Positions 1 through 12,614 of a stretch of 64,000 nucleotides of DNA are shown one piece after another (position 1 is the stretch's first letter; every line of letters begins with the position of its first letter). Origin of the DNA: Fistulifera solaris (Eukaryota). The notes under the pieces were generated by a model that was given only the letters and a program-made list of their open reading frames with translations, did not search any database and was not told the DNA's origin. The stretch is from contig AP026169.1 in NCBI GenBank assembly GCA_030295235.1, positions 124,001-188,000 on the forward strand. The letters run 5' to 3'. Made by a program: the position numbers and the translations under genes.

Positions 1-3000
1 CATGCAACACGGAAAGGTGGCCCGACGATATCCAGCAAAAATGCTTCGAAGAACGATGAATTGAGTGATACTCTGGATCTTGTGCATTTACTTCCACACA
101 AAAAAGAATCAATCCTGCACCAAATTAATGATGCTCATTCCGATTTTACTGGAGCACCCACCGAAATCATCCACAATAAGAACAATATTTTCCGTGATCT
201 CATTCAGCCAACGAGTCTCCCTGACGATACCAAAATGGGAGTTTCCGCGCATTCGGCTTCCACAATACCTGCCACGAAAGCCATTTTTCGTCCCCGCTCC
301 GACGGCGTGCTTTTACCCTCTTGGCAACGAAAGGAACTACTTACGTCATCGAGTTCATCGATACAGAAAAAATGTAGCACCGAGACACCCGATCCCGTCT
401 TTTGTTCCCATCCCGAATCATCACCATCGACAAAGGGAGGTTCGTTTGGGTCCGATTATGTTTCGACGGTTGCGTATCAGCAGAGTAAGGAGGACGAGTC
501 GGCTAGTAATCATTCCGTACTGACTGTGAACCGAAATGGGTCCGACGATGCTGTTGTAGTGAATTCCCTTGACAAGACAAAGAGAAATCTGACCGGAGAA
601 AGTGTTTTGGTGCCTATCAACGGCGCACGGGCAGGCTGGAAATGGCCATCGACTCGAGCGGATGATGACCGTGTTGAAGAGTTACCGAAAAAGGAGATAT
701 CGAGTGTATCATCATCGTATGACGGTCGGAGTCCATCGCTTATGATTCATAATAAACAGATGTATAATAGTAACAATCTCCAAGCGACAAAAAAGAAGGC
801 GGCAATAAGGACATGGAATGTGGATCGTGGCAGTGATATTCCGACTACGAACACGCTGTCATCTTTTTGAAGAAAGACTCTTCAGAAATACCCTTAGGGG
901 TCAAAAGTGTGCGAGCCAAGTTTGAAAATTGGACTAAAGCATTGCAGCATGAGATTGAAAACGACGATGGAGGTAGTGTCAAAAGCTTGAGAGAATTGTT
1001 CGAGAAGGGTATTGGTGCTCAGGAAGAAGACGATGACGACGACGACGATAGTGGAAGTGTTCGAAGTCTCAAAGAGAAATTTGAAAAGCCTCTCGGTCAG
1101 AGAGAAGTCAAAAGCGACGTGAAGAAGTTGGCTGCAATGTTTGAATCGAAACAGAAAAGCCGTGTGAATAAACGATTTGATTGTGAAAACGGTGCCGTCA
1201 AAAGGCGTATTCCAAGTTTGAAGAGCTGCACGCGAAAGCGAAGCGGGCCACGGCCCGGTCTTTCGAGAAAACAATGAAAACGTGCACGGAACAGTCTGTA
1301 GAAAACAACACTGATTTTGAGGATTGCCATCCGAAAGCGGAAATGAACGATCTTGAGGTGGAGATGCGTATTTGCCTCGTGTGTCGGTGGCAGATCGAGT
1401 CAAGGCATTTAGCAATTCAAATAGTGGAAAAGCCGTCATAAGTCGCGTTCCGGTAAACCGATTTGCTGCGACAAATTCATGCAATATAGAGAAGCCGAGA
1501 ACTACGCAGCAGGAACACAATAACCGCACTATTCACGAAAGGTTGGACCGCCAGCCACCGGCGGTGGATGATTCGAAAATTTTACACATATTGACAGATG
1601 TCCAATCCGGAGAGCACACTTTATTGATTCCGAAGGATAGCTTCGGTAAAACAAGTAGTCCGCGATCTCAGGAGCTTCCAGCTACCAGTTTCCCTATGCA
1701 GCAATCAGTAGCTCAATCGCGATCTTTCTGTGCCAATAGGGGCACTGGCGACATTTACTCACAAACCTTGGGCGCTTACACCAGCCCGTTGAAATTGGAA
1801 CCTAGCTTCAATTCTGCAACCTCTCCTTTGAAATCTACAGTTTTGATAACTCAACACGAACGCTCAAAGGCGCCTGTTTCTCAACACATTATTGTAAACG
1901 ACGAAATGAATGGAAACGAGGGTTCCGGTGGTTCTCAATTCGCGGGAAATCCCGCCAAAGAAACACCTACCACCAAATCTGATGCCAAACCTACGAACCG
2001 CGTTGCTCCAGGCCCCAATAAACGCACACTCGTGGATCCAGTGAAGTACACTAAACCTCTCTCCAGTGATCCGCTGCTTATGGTACGGCGAATGGTCAAA
2101 AGCAAAGGTTCGATTTTGCTTATGAATGCAGTGAAACAAAAGGCAGAGAACAGCAACAACGAGCGCGACGACTACCAGGATGCTGTCACAGTTGTTGCGC
2201 CTATTGCAGGATTGTCAAGCATAAAAGTTTCTTCCGTTGTGGCAAGTAGTGATGAGCGTACTGTGGACGCAGATGATCGAAGCGGAACATCAAAAGCAGA
2301 AAAGTCTGCATCGACCATCGGTATGTCGGAAATTTACACGCCCTTGCGCCAAAACGTGGAACGTATAAATCAGATTTCGCAAGATAGAGACAGTGGTATT
2401 ATTGTAGCTCGGCATGCAACCTCAACAAGTTATAGTTCTGGTTCCAGCATCGAAAGGAAAGTAGCACAAAACCATTTTGAGGCAAACGCCACAATACCTG
2501 CCATCTCTCCTTGTGCCTCTCCGAAGGTCCACATTTTTATCCGACTTCAGAAGACAGTAAGGATGATACTATTTGGGATTCAGGATGGGACTTAGAGCAA
2601 ATTGCGGCTTCTTTTCCAGACACCAATACCTCCGAAACGGATATCTTTGAGTTCGATACCGAATGGCAGGCATCGTCTTTGCGTGAAACAAGCAATCTTG
2701 AATGTGACAAATCACTTATCGACGAGACTCTGGTGAAAGAAAGCCCAAAGCAAATGTTGCAAGAATCGAAGTATGGCTTTCTTTGTACTTTAAAAATACA
2801 GAAGGAGCCAGATCGAGTTTCGATGAGAAAGGGTTTGCTTGACAAAGGCAAAGAACGCCAAGGTTGCTTGAGACAAGCGATGATCCCAGCGGTTCCATCT
2901 ACGACAGCCTGGGATTCTTCCGACCATAAGAAACATTTACCTGCATGGAAACGGCGTTTAGGAGGTTCGTCACCGGCAACACCATCTACACACACCATTG

Positions 3001-3257
3001 CGGATCGAACAAAGCCAGCCCAGTTGAGTGGTCTACCTCCTCGGGACAATGCAACATCAGACAAGTACAACAACTTGATGCGTCGACTGGCAAAGTTGAA
3101 GCAGACACGGAGAATGCGTGTGGCCTCGGCATATCCAGTAGCTCCTCGTTCTGCTACCATCAACTCCTGCGTTGATCTGGAGGATCTTTCCTCCAGCTCC
3201 TTTTCTTCCACTCATTTCGGAGGAAGTGCATTCATGGAAGCACTAGAAGTCGATTGA
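1..3257 (+). CDS. Large low-complexity Ser-rich protein, 5' end probably outside the window, with repeated SVxxLxxxFE-type motifs; split by indels
   Basis: Four overlapping + ORFs (61-870, 867-1277, 1372-2595, 2511-3257) can be joined by single-base shifts at T/A runs. Motifs SVRAKFE, SVKSLRELFE, SVRSLKEKFE, VKKLAAMFE and SVADRVKAF are visible. Confidence 0.6.
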
Positions 3258-3333
3258 AAGGCATTCCTCCTCAACAACGATAATATAGAATACGCTGTAT
3301 AGAATACCATCGTTTGCAATAGACATTTCTAAA

Positions 3334-4104
3334 TCAAGGTAAGAATTCAGTATTTTTCTCAAATGCCCCCGGAATCGGGGGCTTCAACGGTGCATCCATT
3401 TTGGCAAATTCCCCTTCACACCGTTCCACCTCTTCCACGACGGTAAGTGTCACCCACAGAACTCGTAAACTTTGCAGGACCAAGGCTTTTTGCTGCGTGG
3501 CAAAAAACTGCGAGCACGTCTCCCACACTTCCTGTCCCTTCCATTCCGTAGACAATTGTCGACGCCGGATCAAGACGGGTGCTACCTTTCCAAAGGTTTG
3601 TTCTACTTCTGTTGGAAAAGAATGATTCAAATTCTTGTAATCGAGTGTTTGTAACGTGATATAGACAATTTGGATCCATTCATTGCGCAATTGTTCTTCT
3701 TCGGGCATCAAGGGTCGACCCGCGGCCGGCGTCGTTAGCGCGTTAATTTCTTGTATAAGTAAAGTCGGTGAGATGCCTTGAACATAGGCGGATTGGACGG
3801 CTGCAATCATCAATTTGAGGACATCCACATAGCCTTCCGCCAATTGTAGACAGGCGGGTACGAACGAAAGATCGACCAATTCGGCAATTTTGAATAAGGT
3901 CAATTCTTGATTGCGTTCACTGGCGTCGGGTGACAGGAAACGGGCTGTGCGCAATGATAAATGATGTTTTGACATAGATTGTTGTAAAATGAAAGGCCTT
4001 GTTGGTTGCGTGGAAGATAAAAGAGCGAATCCATGACAGGATCCTAGGAAAGGGAGAGTTATTAAACAGCCAATCGCGATAATTCTCGTGTTTTGTTTCT
4101 TCAT
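3334..4104 (-). CDS. Hypothetical protein with a probable bipartite plastid-targeting presequence
   Basis: 256-aa ORF with a hydrophobic signal peptide ending CHG-FAL (ASAFAP-like), followed by a Ser/Thr-rich transit segment. Confidence 0.65.
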   Translation of the reverse strand: MKKQNTRIIAIGCLITLPFLGSCHGFALLSSTQPTRPFILQQSMSKHHLSLRTARFLSPDASERNQELTLFKIAELVDLSFVPACLQLAEGYVDVLKLMIAAVQSAYVQGISPTLLIQEINALTTPAAGRPLMPEEEQLRNEWIQIVYITLQTLDYKNLNHSFPTEVEQTFGKVAPVLIRRRQLSTEWKGQEVWETCSQFFATQQKALVLQSLRVLWVTLTVVEEVERCEGEFAKMDAPLKPPIPGAFEKNTEFLP

Positions 4105-4448
4105 TTTACGGGTTTCCCAACAATGTCTCTCTCTTGTTTTCTGTATTCAATTGTTGCACTAGATTGAAAGAGACGATTAGATGTAATGCTAAAGCAAGAT
4201 GATTTGGGATGCATTCCTTTATTGTAGTTTTATGCGTAATTTTTGCTGCGCTGGAGGTTCCATCCGTGAATGAATGGTGACAAGTCGCGAATAGAAGGAA
4301 TCATAGTTCCTGATACCAGGTACTTGTAGGGTTGATGAGCAAGCATACCTGGTGGCATAATAAGACATTTTATTGCCGGTTGTTATTTGCCACAACTATG
4401 AGAAATTCTATATGATGTAGGTCTCTAGCCATAAGAACGCGACTTTTG

Positions 4449-5153
4449 CTAGAGCAGTAACCCCACCAAAGTACCGACCCCGTACGCAAAGCCACCTCCG
4501 CATCCCGCAATGATCAAATTTTCCACGGCCGCAGTAGCCGCATCCGTTCGAGTTGCCCACGTTTTGACACATCCGACGACTAGTAACGCCATAACGGTTA
4601 GTGCTGCTGCGGCGATCAGACCGATTTCGGGTCGATCACCACTCCAGAAAAAAGGGACGACCGAGGGTAACGACCCCGCCAAAAACAAGAGACACGACAT
4701 AACTCCCGCGCGTATCGGAGATCGTTCTTCCGAATCCAAAACACCAAATTCGAGTGCTTTCATAAGTTGCCACAGTGCCTGGGGATTGGCTCGATAATAC
4801 TGCTTCACTTGTCGTTTCAGAGCCTCATCTTGTAAACCGATCAGACCCACCAAATCGTCTATCTCGGCCAATTCCTCGTCCAATGCCTCATCAATATGCG
4901 TTTTCTCGAGTGCCAGTTCTCCCGCAATGACTTGGTTTTGGGATTTCGTGGCCACGTATTCACCGGCGCACATACTCACGGCTCCGGCCAAAGCACCGGC
5001 AATTGCCGTCAATAATATTTCTTTCGAGGACATGCCGCCTCCGGCCACACCGGCAACCAGCAAGAACGTGGAGACCAAGCCGTCATTGACGCCGAGGATC
5101 ATGTCTCTCCAATATTGCCGTGAGGCGCCCAAATGATCGATGCGGTGTCTCAT
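4449..5153 (-). CDS. VIT1: VIT1/CCC1-family vacuolar iron/manganese transporter
   Basis: Motifs RDMILGVNDGLVS and AGAVSMCAGEYVATKSQ, with multiple TM segments. Start placed at the internal ATG (MRHRID); the ORF is open to 5222. Confidence 0.9.
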   Translation of the reverse strand: MRHRIDHLGASRQYWRDMILGVNDGLVSTFLLVAGVAGGGMSSKEILLTAIAGALAGAVSMCAGEYVATKSQNQVIAGELALEKTHIDEALDEELAEIDDLVGLIGLQDEALKRQVKQYYRANPQALWQLMKALEFGVLDSEERSPIRAGVMSCLLFLAGSLPSVVPFFWSGDRPEIGLIAAAALTVMALLVVGCVKTWATRTDAATAAVENLIIAGCGGGFAYGVGTLVGLLL

Positions 5154-5930
5154 AGTGGAATTGATCGAGTATTGTTGAATTAAAGCAATTGTTTCGTGTT
5201 TTTGAAAGGATGTGATATTCATTTATGAAGTTTAACAGATTGGCTGTTTCGTTATTCACTTGAGTTTGGGAGAAAAGGGTGTCTACGTCAAATTGAAAGT
5301 ACAAGTACTCATCCTTTGAAGAAAAAGCGAACGCTGGAAAATCGCGGTTCGGTTTGTGTCCGTGAATGAACCGTCCGTGTCTCGCATATCGTTCTTCCAT
5401 CTCGTAGATGTCGTTAAATGGGAGCATGAAGATTCAATGACATCTCATCAACAAGATCTGCGGAAAGAAAGCGAATGGATTTCAAAGAAAAGCTTTTGCT
5501 GGCTTGGTGGATAAATGCCAATCAGTTTTGTGAGATGTTCATGATTGTTAGCATATTCGTTGAATCACGCTAGTACACAATTGCTTGAGTTGAGTTTCTT
5601 TTCTTAGGGACAAGAAAAAGCCAACGGTACTGAACACTGATACGGAAAATATCTCATGCTTTAAGTACCCGAATTCTAATCCCCATCCTCCTTCAAGTAT
5701 TTAAACGTGTCGTTATATTTTTATCAGAAGCATTTTTGTACTTAGGTGACAACTAAAAAGGCCAGAACATTCGTCTCATGTCTTGTGCAAAACTCCAACC
5801 AAGCTGCAAAAAAAAAAACACCCGATTGAAGGATGGTTTTTGTGATTCTTTCATTGCATCCACCTATAGATCCACTTCACGTGGGCCCACACAATCGTTG
5901 GCGGGCCCTTTTGCAGAGCTTGTGTAACTG

Positions 5931-7385
5931 ATGAAGAAGAGGTACAGCATGAATCACCGAAATGCAACGACCAAGCTTCCCGAAGCTTCTTTGGTCCTAC
6001 CTCCACATCCTAACTTTTCAGCAAGTATCCCCCGAGGTGCTCCGTCGAAAAGTCGATCCAGAGAGTTCTCCCAAACTTGTTTTCCTTTGTTTCCACACCA
6101 GCATATTCAAGATAGACTACCGGCTGTTGTGTCAGACGATGGCGGAAATAAAACTCGGAGCAACCCAGTTCTCACCCAACCAAGTCAATCAAGAGCGTCG
6201 AAATCGTCTTTTGATTCTGGTTGCAGCAGGGAAAGAGAATTGTCTTGCGTGTCCTTTGCAAGTCGTGAGCCAGAAAACTCCTCTTTCTTGAAATATTTAT
6301 CTTCCATTCATTTCCGCCCACGAAATAGTGAACCAAAATATGCATCGCCTTCCCAGAAAGGCGCCGACCTTTCCGACCGGAACAGCCATCATCTTAGTGA
6401 TCAGCCAGTGAACAACGCAGCTCGAAAGAGCACTGAAGATGTAACCTTGCTTTCTTTCTTTGAAAATGAAGAGGATGATTCTGTCAAGGATCATGGCGCC
6501 GATGATGAAGAAAATGATAAAAGTCTCCTCCATCAAACCGCTGTGACCCGTAGAAGCAAGCATTTCAAGAAATTATTGGGAAAGTATTCCGAAAGCATTT
6601 CCTGTATCATTCCCAACTTTTCCTCGGTGACGCCTTCCACGAGTCCCTCGAGGGAACAGTGTCCTCTGGAAGAATACAAACCACACTTCCGTGACGATGA
6701 GGATGAAATTGAGGTATCATTTGTGCCGGAACCATCCGAGAAGACACTTCATGATTACACCATTTTACTTCAAGATCCCGCTTATCTTCACGCTCAACAA
6801 GCTGGATTCCTGTGGCAGTCATTGGTCGGTCAACACGTACGATTTCCTTATCATTGGTGGAATGGTCTTAGAGGCCCGCCGATGAGTCTAGAAGGCAACG
6901 TGTCAAATCCATGGTATCATGTTGGAAGTTGTGCCGTACGCAATCACAAGTCGCTGCAAAAAGTTGTACGGAATCGAGTTTCACCGGGCCGATTGCTTCT
7001 GCACGTTCTTGTTCGAGACGCTTTGAATGGTGACATTATATGTGACTTGGCGGTTGGGTGCTACCACCCCAACGCCCGCGGGATTCGAATGACACAGAAA
7101 GCCGATCCATCCAAAGAGACAATTCGCCACGTTTGGATGGCCTTTCGGAATCGTACGCGCTGGTCTGTCGCGGTAATCGAGGAGTGGATAAAATCCGAAG
7201 TACGGTGTCGTTCTCCCATTGGTAAATGTCCTATTACCAACGGCAACATCCTTGTCGTTTACGGGGAGAAGCCTCCCCTTGAAACGCTACTCCTCTCCGA
7301 AAATAGTTTGGCGGAACTGCATGGAAGAGCAAACAAGTCCTACCCTCTTCCGTTAATGCTTTGTGAATCATTCGTGTTCAACTAA
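5931..7385 (+). CDS. Hypothetical protein with a disordered N-terminus and an apparently folded C-terminal domain
   Basis: Uninterrupted 484-aa ORF; the C-terminal half is globular-looking (AGFLWQSLVGQHVRFPYHWW). Confidence 0.7.
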   Translation: MKKRYSMNHRNATTKLPEASLVLPPHPNFSASIPRGAPSKSRSREFSQTCFPLFPHQHIQDRLPAVVSDDGGNKTRSNPVLTQPSQSRASKSSFDSGCSRERELSCVSFASREPENSSFLKYLSSIHFRPRNSEPKYASPSQKGADLSDRNSHHLSDQPVNNAARKSTEDVTLLSFFENEEDDSVKDHGADDEENDKSLLHQTAVTRRSKHFKKLLGKYSESISCIIPNFSSVTPSTSPSREQCPLEEYKPHFRDDEDEIEVSFVPEPSEKTLHDYTILLQDPAYLHAQQAGFLWQSLVGQHVRFPYHWWNGLRGPPMSLEGNVSNPWYHVGSCAVRNHKSLQKVVRNRVSPGRLLLHVLVRDALNGDIICDLAVGCYHPNARGIRMTQKADPSKETIRHVWMAFRNRTRWSVAVIEEWIKSEVRCRSPIGKCPITNGNILVVYGEKPPLETLLLSENSLAELHGRANKSYPLPLMLCESFVFN

Positions 7386-8045
7386 GAACACCCTGTTGTA
7401 AGATAAGATTAGCATGAAGTTATTATGTTCGTTTGGCCGATCATTATGGTGGGGTCTGCTATCAAGCCATAGCTTTATGATGTACGCGCTTACTTTCGGT
7501 CATGAAATACTATTCGACATCGGCTCCTCTGCTTCTTCCCGCGAACGCGAAGGCAACGTGCTCATATCTCATCGCTCACCATTTTTTCAACATTCATTCA
7601 GTCATTCACCATCTCCCCAGTGACCATAGGCCTTGGATCGTGACGTAGCACCAATAACGGTTACCCCCTTTCAGCTACAGAACAACATACCGCTTTTTGT
7701 TACAGAAAGTGGCTGGTGGTAATATCGTACTCAGGGGTTATTTGAGCGTTGAACAATTCATAGTGTACTCAATACTGTGATTTGAACACCAAAATTCCCT
7801 CCGTGCGCGCGCAGCTTTTGTTTGCCAACATTTGCCGTTTGTTGAGGGAGAAATGCAAATCCACTTTGATCGATAATCCTGCCTTTTACCATTGGTCGTA
7901 TTCGCTGCCTTTCCCTTTGATTAAAACAAAAGTTTTTCTTGTGCAGAGAGATCTTTTGCGTAGCTGCTATTTTTGTCTGCAAAGTGCCGTTAGCCTCATT
8001 CTTTGTTAAAATCGTCAACATTTTGTTTCACAATCTATTTCGTTC

Positions 8046-11000
8046 ATGATGAATCATCATCGCGTCGACGAAGGACATCGCTTTACCGTCACGGAAGCCC
8101 AATTACGATGGGCGCAATTTCATCACAAACAAAAAGCCCAACAGACACAACAAATGGTCGAACGACTCATGAAGACACCGTCGACGCCGGTGGAGGATGA
8201 TGATGATGATGAAATATCACAAGACGACGTCCCCATATCCCGAGGACGACGAGCCTTGTTGCGTGCTTCTGAGCTTGCGTATGAGCAACGGCGCCAACGC
8301 ATAGCGAAAGAAGGGTTTCAAAAACGGATATTTGAAGTTGCAGAAGGAGAAGAAGATGCTTTGGCGAATATTTTTGCGGAACATTGTGTCCTTCGCACGA
8401 AACGAAAAAAGACCGCGTCCTTCGACACAGTTTGATATGGCGTTTCGATCCCTTATGTTTTCGTTGGCGGCGGCGGCGCAACAGCAACGAGAACCCATTG
8501 AACTACCGACAAAAAAAATGGACGCGGCCGGCAGGTGTTTCGTCAGAACATTGGGGGACGGTTCCTTCGCAACGCCGAACGTCGGCTCAATTTGGACTGG
8601 AACCGATGGATCGGGGCGCTTCGTGGTTGATGCATCTTCCTGTTGCTCGTCGATCATCCCAGCATCCGTCGCACCAACAACGACACAGTGATTTTCATTC
8701 GAACGAAACGAAAGAAACCATCGAGCCAGGGCGACTGAGTGAACCCACGGTACTTCCGAGTTATCAGTCACAAAGAGTCCCCAATGCAGAGCAAGAGGAG
8801 AAACCAAGCAATGATTATGAAAATTTACCTATTCCGGAATCAAGTCTACCCAACGAGGCTCGGGGTTTCGTCCGGCAACTCGTCAAACAAATGGAGATTG
8901 CGGCGGACGAAGAACCACTTGTGACGGCGGATGGGAAACTCCACAAGCCGACGTTTGCCAAGTTAATTTTACGGTATCTGGGGCAGATACAAAGTAAAGA
9001 TGCACTAAAAAGTCCGGTTGTCATGGCTCGCACTCGTCGTGGGGCGGGGTCGATTGCGAAACGCCGGCAAGGTTCTACACCTTCCACAAGTGAATGTGAC
9101 TTTGTCCTGCCGTACAACATGTCCTCAGGCTTTGTGAAAAATTTTATTGCCCAAATAGAAGGAACTTCAGGCGACGAAGAGCTTTCGATTGCAACAAGGG
9201 AGGGAAAATTGGATGTTGAACTATTTGAACGAATGATTACTGGTTACTTGGCGCGGGCTGCGGATCAGACTCTTATGGAAGCCACGCAGCAGCAACACAC
9301 AACGCCGAAGAGGACTCCAGACCAAGCTGCGCTTCTCTCTCATACGTCCTCCTCGGATGTGTTCGAGCATATGCGCAATGAAACTGTCAAGAAGGATACA
9401 ACGGCTTCTGCGGTGTGGGAAAGTAAGAAAGCGATCTCTTCTATGGCAATGAATAGCGAAGAGACGGGAATCGCAATCACTACAAAGAACAATTTCAATA
9501 AGATAAAGGGGCAAATATATGCTGGTGAATCCATCGATGCGATAACAAATAACAGTGGAGATGATACTGACGAAGCAAAGGATTCTATAGAACCACAAGG
9601 GCTGATAACTCGCATGGCAGGATCCATGCCAGGTAGAGTCGGGGATTTTCTGAAGCGACTGCACGCAGTTGCCGATGATGATAGCACAAGCGAAAAGCGT
9701 GCATTAGCAGCTTTTCGAGAAGTACAACGTGAACGACAATCCCCTGATGACACTTTGTCACACTCTACTTTCCGCGTCATGCCGACAGGTTTTTTGAATG
9801 CTGTAAAAGGCTTTCAATGGAATCGGGAAGGAACTCAAGGTATGGGAGGCCAGGACCTTCAGAACCATTCGTTTGACGAGTCTTTGGCATCTTCCTTTAC
9901 GCGTGGTACAATTCATAGTGGAGTAGAGCTCCCTCGGGATTCTCTAAACGAAATCGAAAGAGAAATAAATGGACCTGCGGAAGGAATAAAAGTGAATCCA
10001 ACCTACCCTTTATCGATACCGATGGTAGCGAAGCCAGTTTTCCAATTCAGGAACGCATTCTTTCAAATCTTCTCCTTTCCCCCACGCTTTTAACGAAGCG
10101 ACACCAGCAAGCGATGCGCGCTATAGAAAGTCGTAACTGGGATCAAGTCAAATATTTGATAAATGCCAATCATTGGCTCGCCGAGATGTCGGACATCAAG
10201 TCTGGTCAGTATCTACTGCATGCTTTGGCTTATTATGGTACTGGAGAGGTGGAAGTCGACCCCGAGACAGAAGAAGTCGTTGCTATCCGATTTCCTCCGG
10301 CACCGGATCAAATAAATATCGATTTGGTGAGAATGCACGCATCTGCTGTGCACAAGTTTGACCATGATGGAAACTTGCCTCTGCATATGGCGGCTGCGTC
10401 TGGAAATTTGCCAATGATCAACATTCTTGGAGAACGCTTTCCAAGTGGAGCGTCAGTCAGAAACGAAGATGGAATGTTACCCCTGCATCTTGCAATTCTT
10501 GCGTGTGCAACTATGCCTGTTGCTTATCTCGACGAAGATTCGTCGGCGGCCGTTGAAATCATTCGTGCCGTAATCTCATATTTTCCTGCAGCTGTTGGGG
10601 TGATTGACAACGATGGGAATTTACCGATTCACACCGGTGCCAGTGTGCTCAGTGGAATCTTGGGAGCCGATATCATCTTTCTGCTTTTGGATGAAGCAGA
10701 CAAACAACTCGTTGATCCTCGAGGTATTCGCTTTCGAAATAAAATTGTGCTATTGAGCAGCGGCGACGAAAACGACGTTGAGGACTTAGAATCGACATAT
10801 TCCTCGCCGTTTTGCGAGGATGATCTCCAGTGCACATTGGTGAAGAATAACCGGGGTGAAAACCCTTTGGCGGCGGCAATCAAAGCAAAGGCGGGATGGG
10901 AGGTAATCGAAGCCATCGCTTGTAGTCGGGGCGGTCACGAAGCTTCACTGGAGTGTGATTCTGACAAAAACAACGCACTACATCTCTTAGCAAGCGCTTT

Positions 11001-12548
11001 ATACTACGACCCTGACGCGATATTCTCCATCTTGAAAATTGTACCAACAGTTGCCTCGTCTAGAAACATTCATGGTGTGCTGCCGATCGAGGTAAGATTT
11101 TTTCTTGACGCCCTGACCTTTTTGCCGAGCTAATCCTTTATTCTGCAATAGGTCGCATGTATGCAGTCGTTGCCGGCAGATGTTCTCGTTGCAATTGTTT
11201 TAGAGGATTTACCCATTGACATTGACCAAACTAGTGAAATCTCTATGGTCAGCAGAAGGGGGGCTAGTTGGTGGTACCTAACATGCGAATGCGGTATGTA
11301 ACATAGAAATCCAAACTGTTCTTTCCACACAAGGATGTTTCTCACCTATGTGCTTTTTAAGATGACTTCTTCGCCAATATAGTCGAGGACGTAATTTCAT
11401 TTTGTTCTGCTGAACAAGCACGTTCCCTATGTCTCGTTAAAAACTCGTCGGGCGAAACACTCCTTCAACGCGCATCACCAAAATGCAGGCTCGCCATGCA
11501 GGCCGCACTTAGAGTCGTAGGCCGCTTTGAGTACGACGAAACGAAACCAATCTTTGTTGATAACGTGAGAGGCTTACGGATATACGACGGGTACGATCAT
11601 GGCGATATTGATGACATGGAAGCCGACGGAAAGAAAGTAAGCTTGCGATTATTCTCTAACTATAAAGCTTTTCAAGAAGAGGTAAGAATCTCTTCTTTGC
11701 AGATGATCATTGTGAATTGGCCTCAATGATCCTACTCTCTATCAAGGTTTCTATTATTCGACAAGATCTAGACTTTTCAGTCGTGGAGGAAATTTCAGTG
11801 CTCTCCTTGGACCCTGCTGGTCAAGTAGCGCATTTCAACGAGCAACAAGAGCTTTTTGTGGTATCTGTCGAAGAGCCTGCTCTATCGTTGCGCAGTGTAG
11901 TGAAGGGCATGCTAGACAGTGAAGAATGTCAACGAAACACTTCTGTCCGGCAGAGATACGCCATGAAAGTTTTCGCGGTACTGCGAGTAGTTGTGAAAGC
12001 GCTGCGCCATCTTCACTCCATGGGGTTGATTCACGGAAAAGTAAACGCGGAGAACTGCTGTAAGTACGGCGACAGGTGGAAAATTCGCGATGTACTTGGA
12101 TCCCAGAAAGCAGGAACGACTTTTAAAGTCTCTAGATTCTCCTTTGCTTCGCCCCCCTGAGTGTTTTGAATCAATTGACAGCTCCAGAAAAGAGTGCATG
12201 GTCAGTTTTAAGAGTGACTTCATCACTTCTTATTCGGTAGATTCGTGGTCATTTGGAAAACTTTGTTTCGAGGTATTGGTTGGACGGCCACTGGTGGAAC
12301 GTGATTCGAAGCAGCGATTTGAAGATGATCAACAAGCTATGATGAGCATTCTCAACTGGAATGCTTCCGATTGTTTAGCGGTGCGAGAAGAACTGCTTGC
12401 TGTTGGCGTCATTGAAAGCGGCATCAAACTTGTTGCAACCTGTCTGGACCCTAATCCCCTAAATCGCCCAACTATGGGCGAAATTATGTCAATGCCCCTA
12501 TGGAAGGACTTGAGAAATTTTGCAAATAATCCTCGGAAAGAGGTATAA
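8046..12548 (+). CDS. Large ankyrin-repeat protein with a C-terminal degenerate protein-kinase-like domain
   Basis: ORFs 8046, 8384, 10114, 11496, 11717 and 12090 join via indels (~8405, ~9990, ~12157) and GT-AG introns (~11092-11151, ~11296-11361, ~11682-11746). Ankyrin motifs GNLPLHMAA, GMLPLHLA and GNLPIHTG; kinase C-lobe motifs LRHLHSMGLIHG, VDSWSFG and CLDPNPLNRPTM. Confidence 0.75.
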
Positions 12549-12614
12549 CGATTAGTCATGTTTTGTTATGAACTTTCTACTACCCAACGTCGGTTGCTAT
12601 TTGAAGCTTTAATC

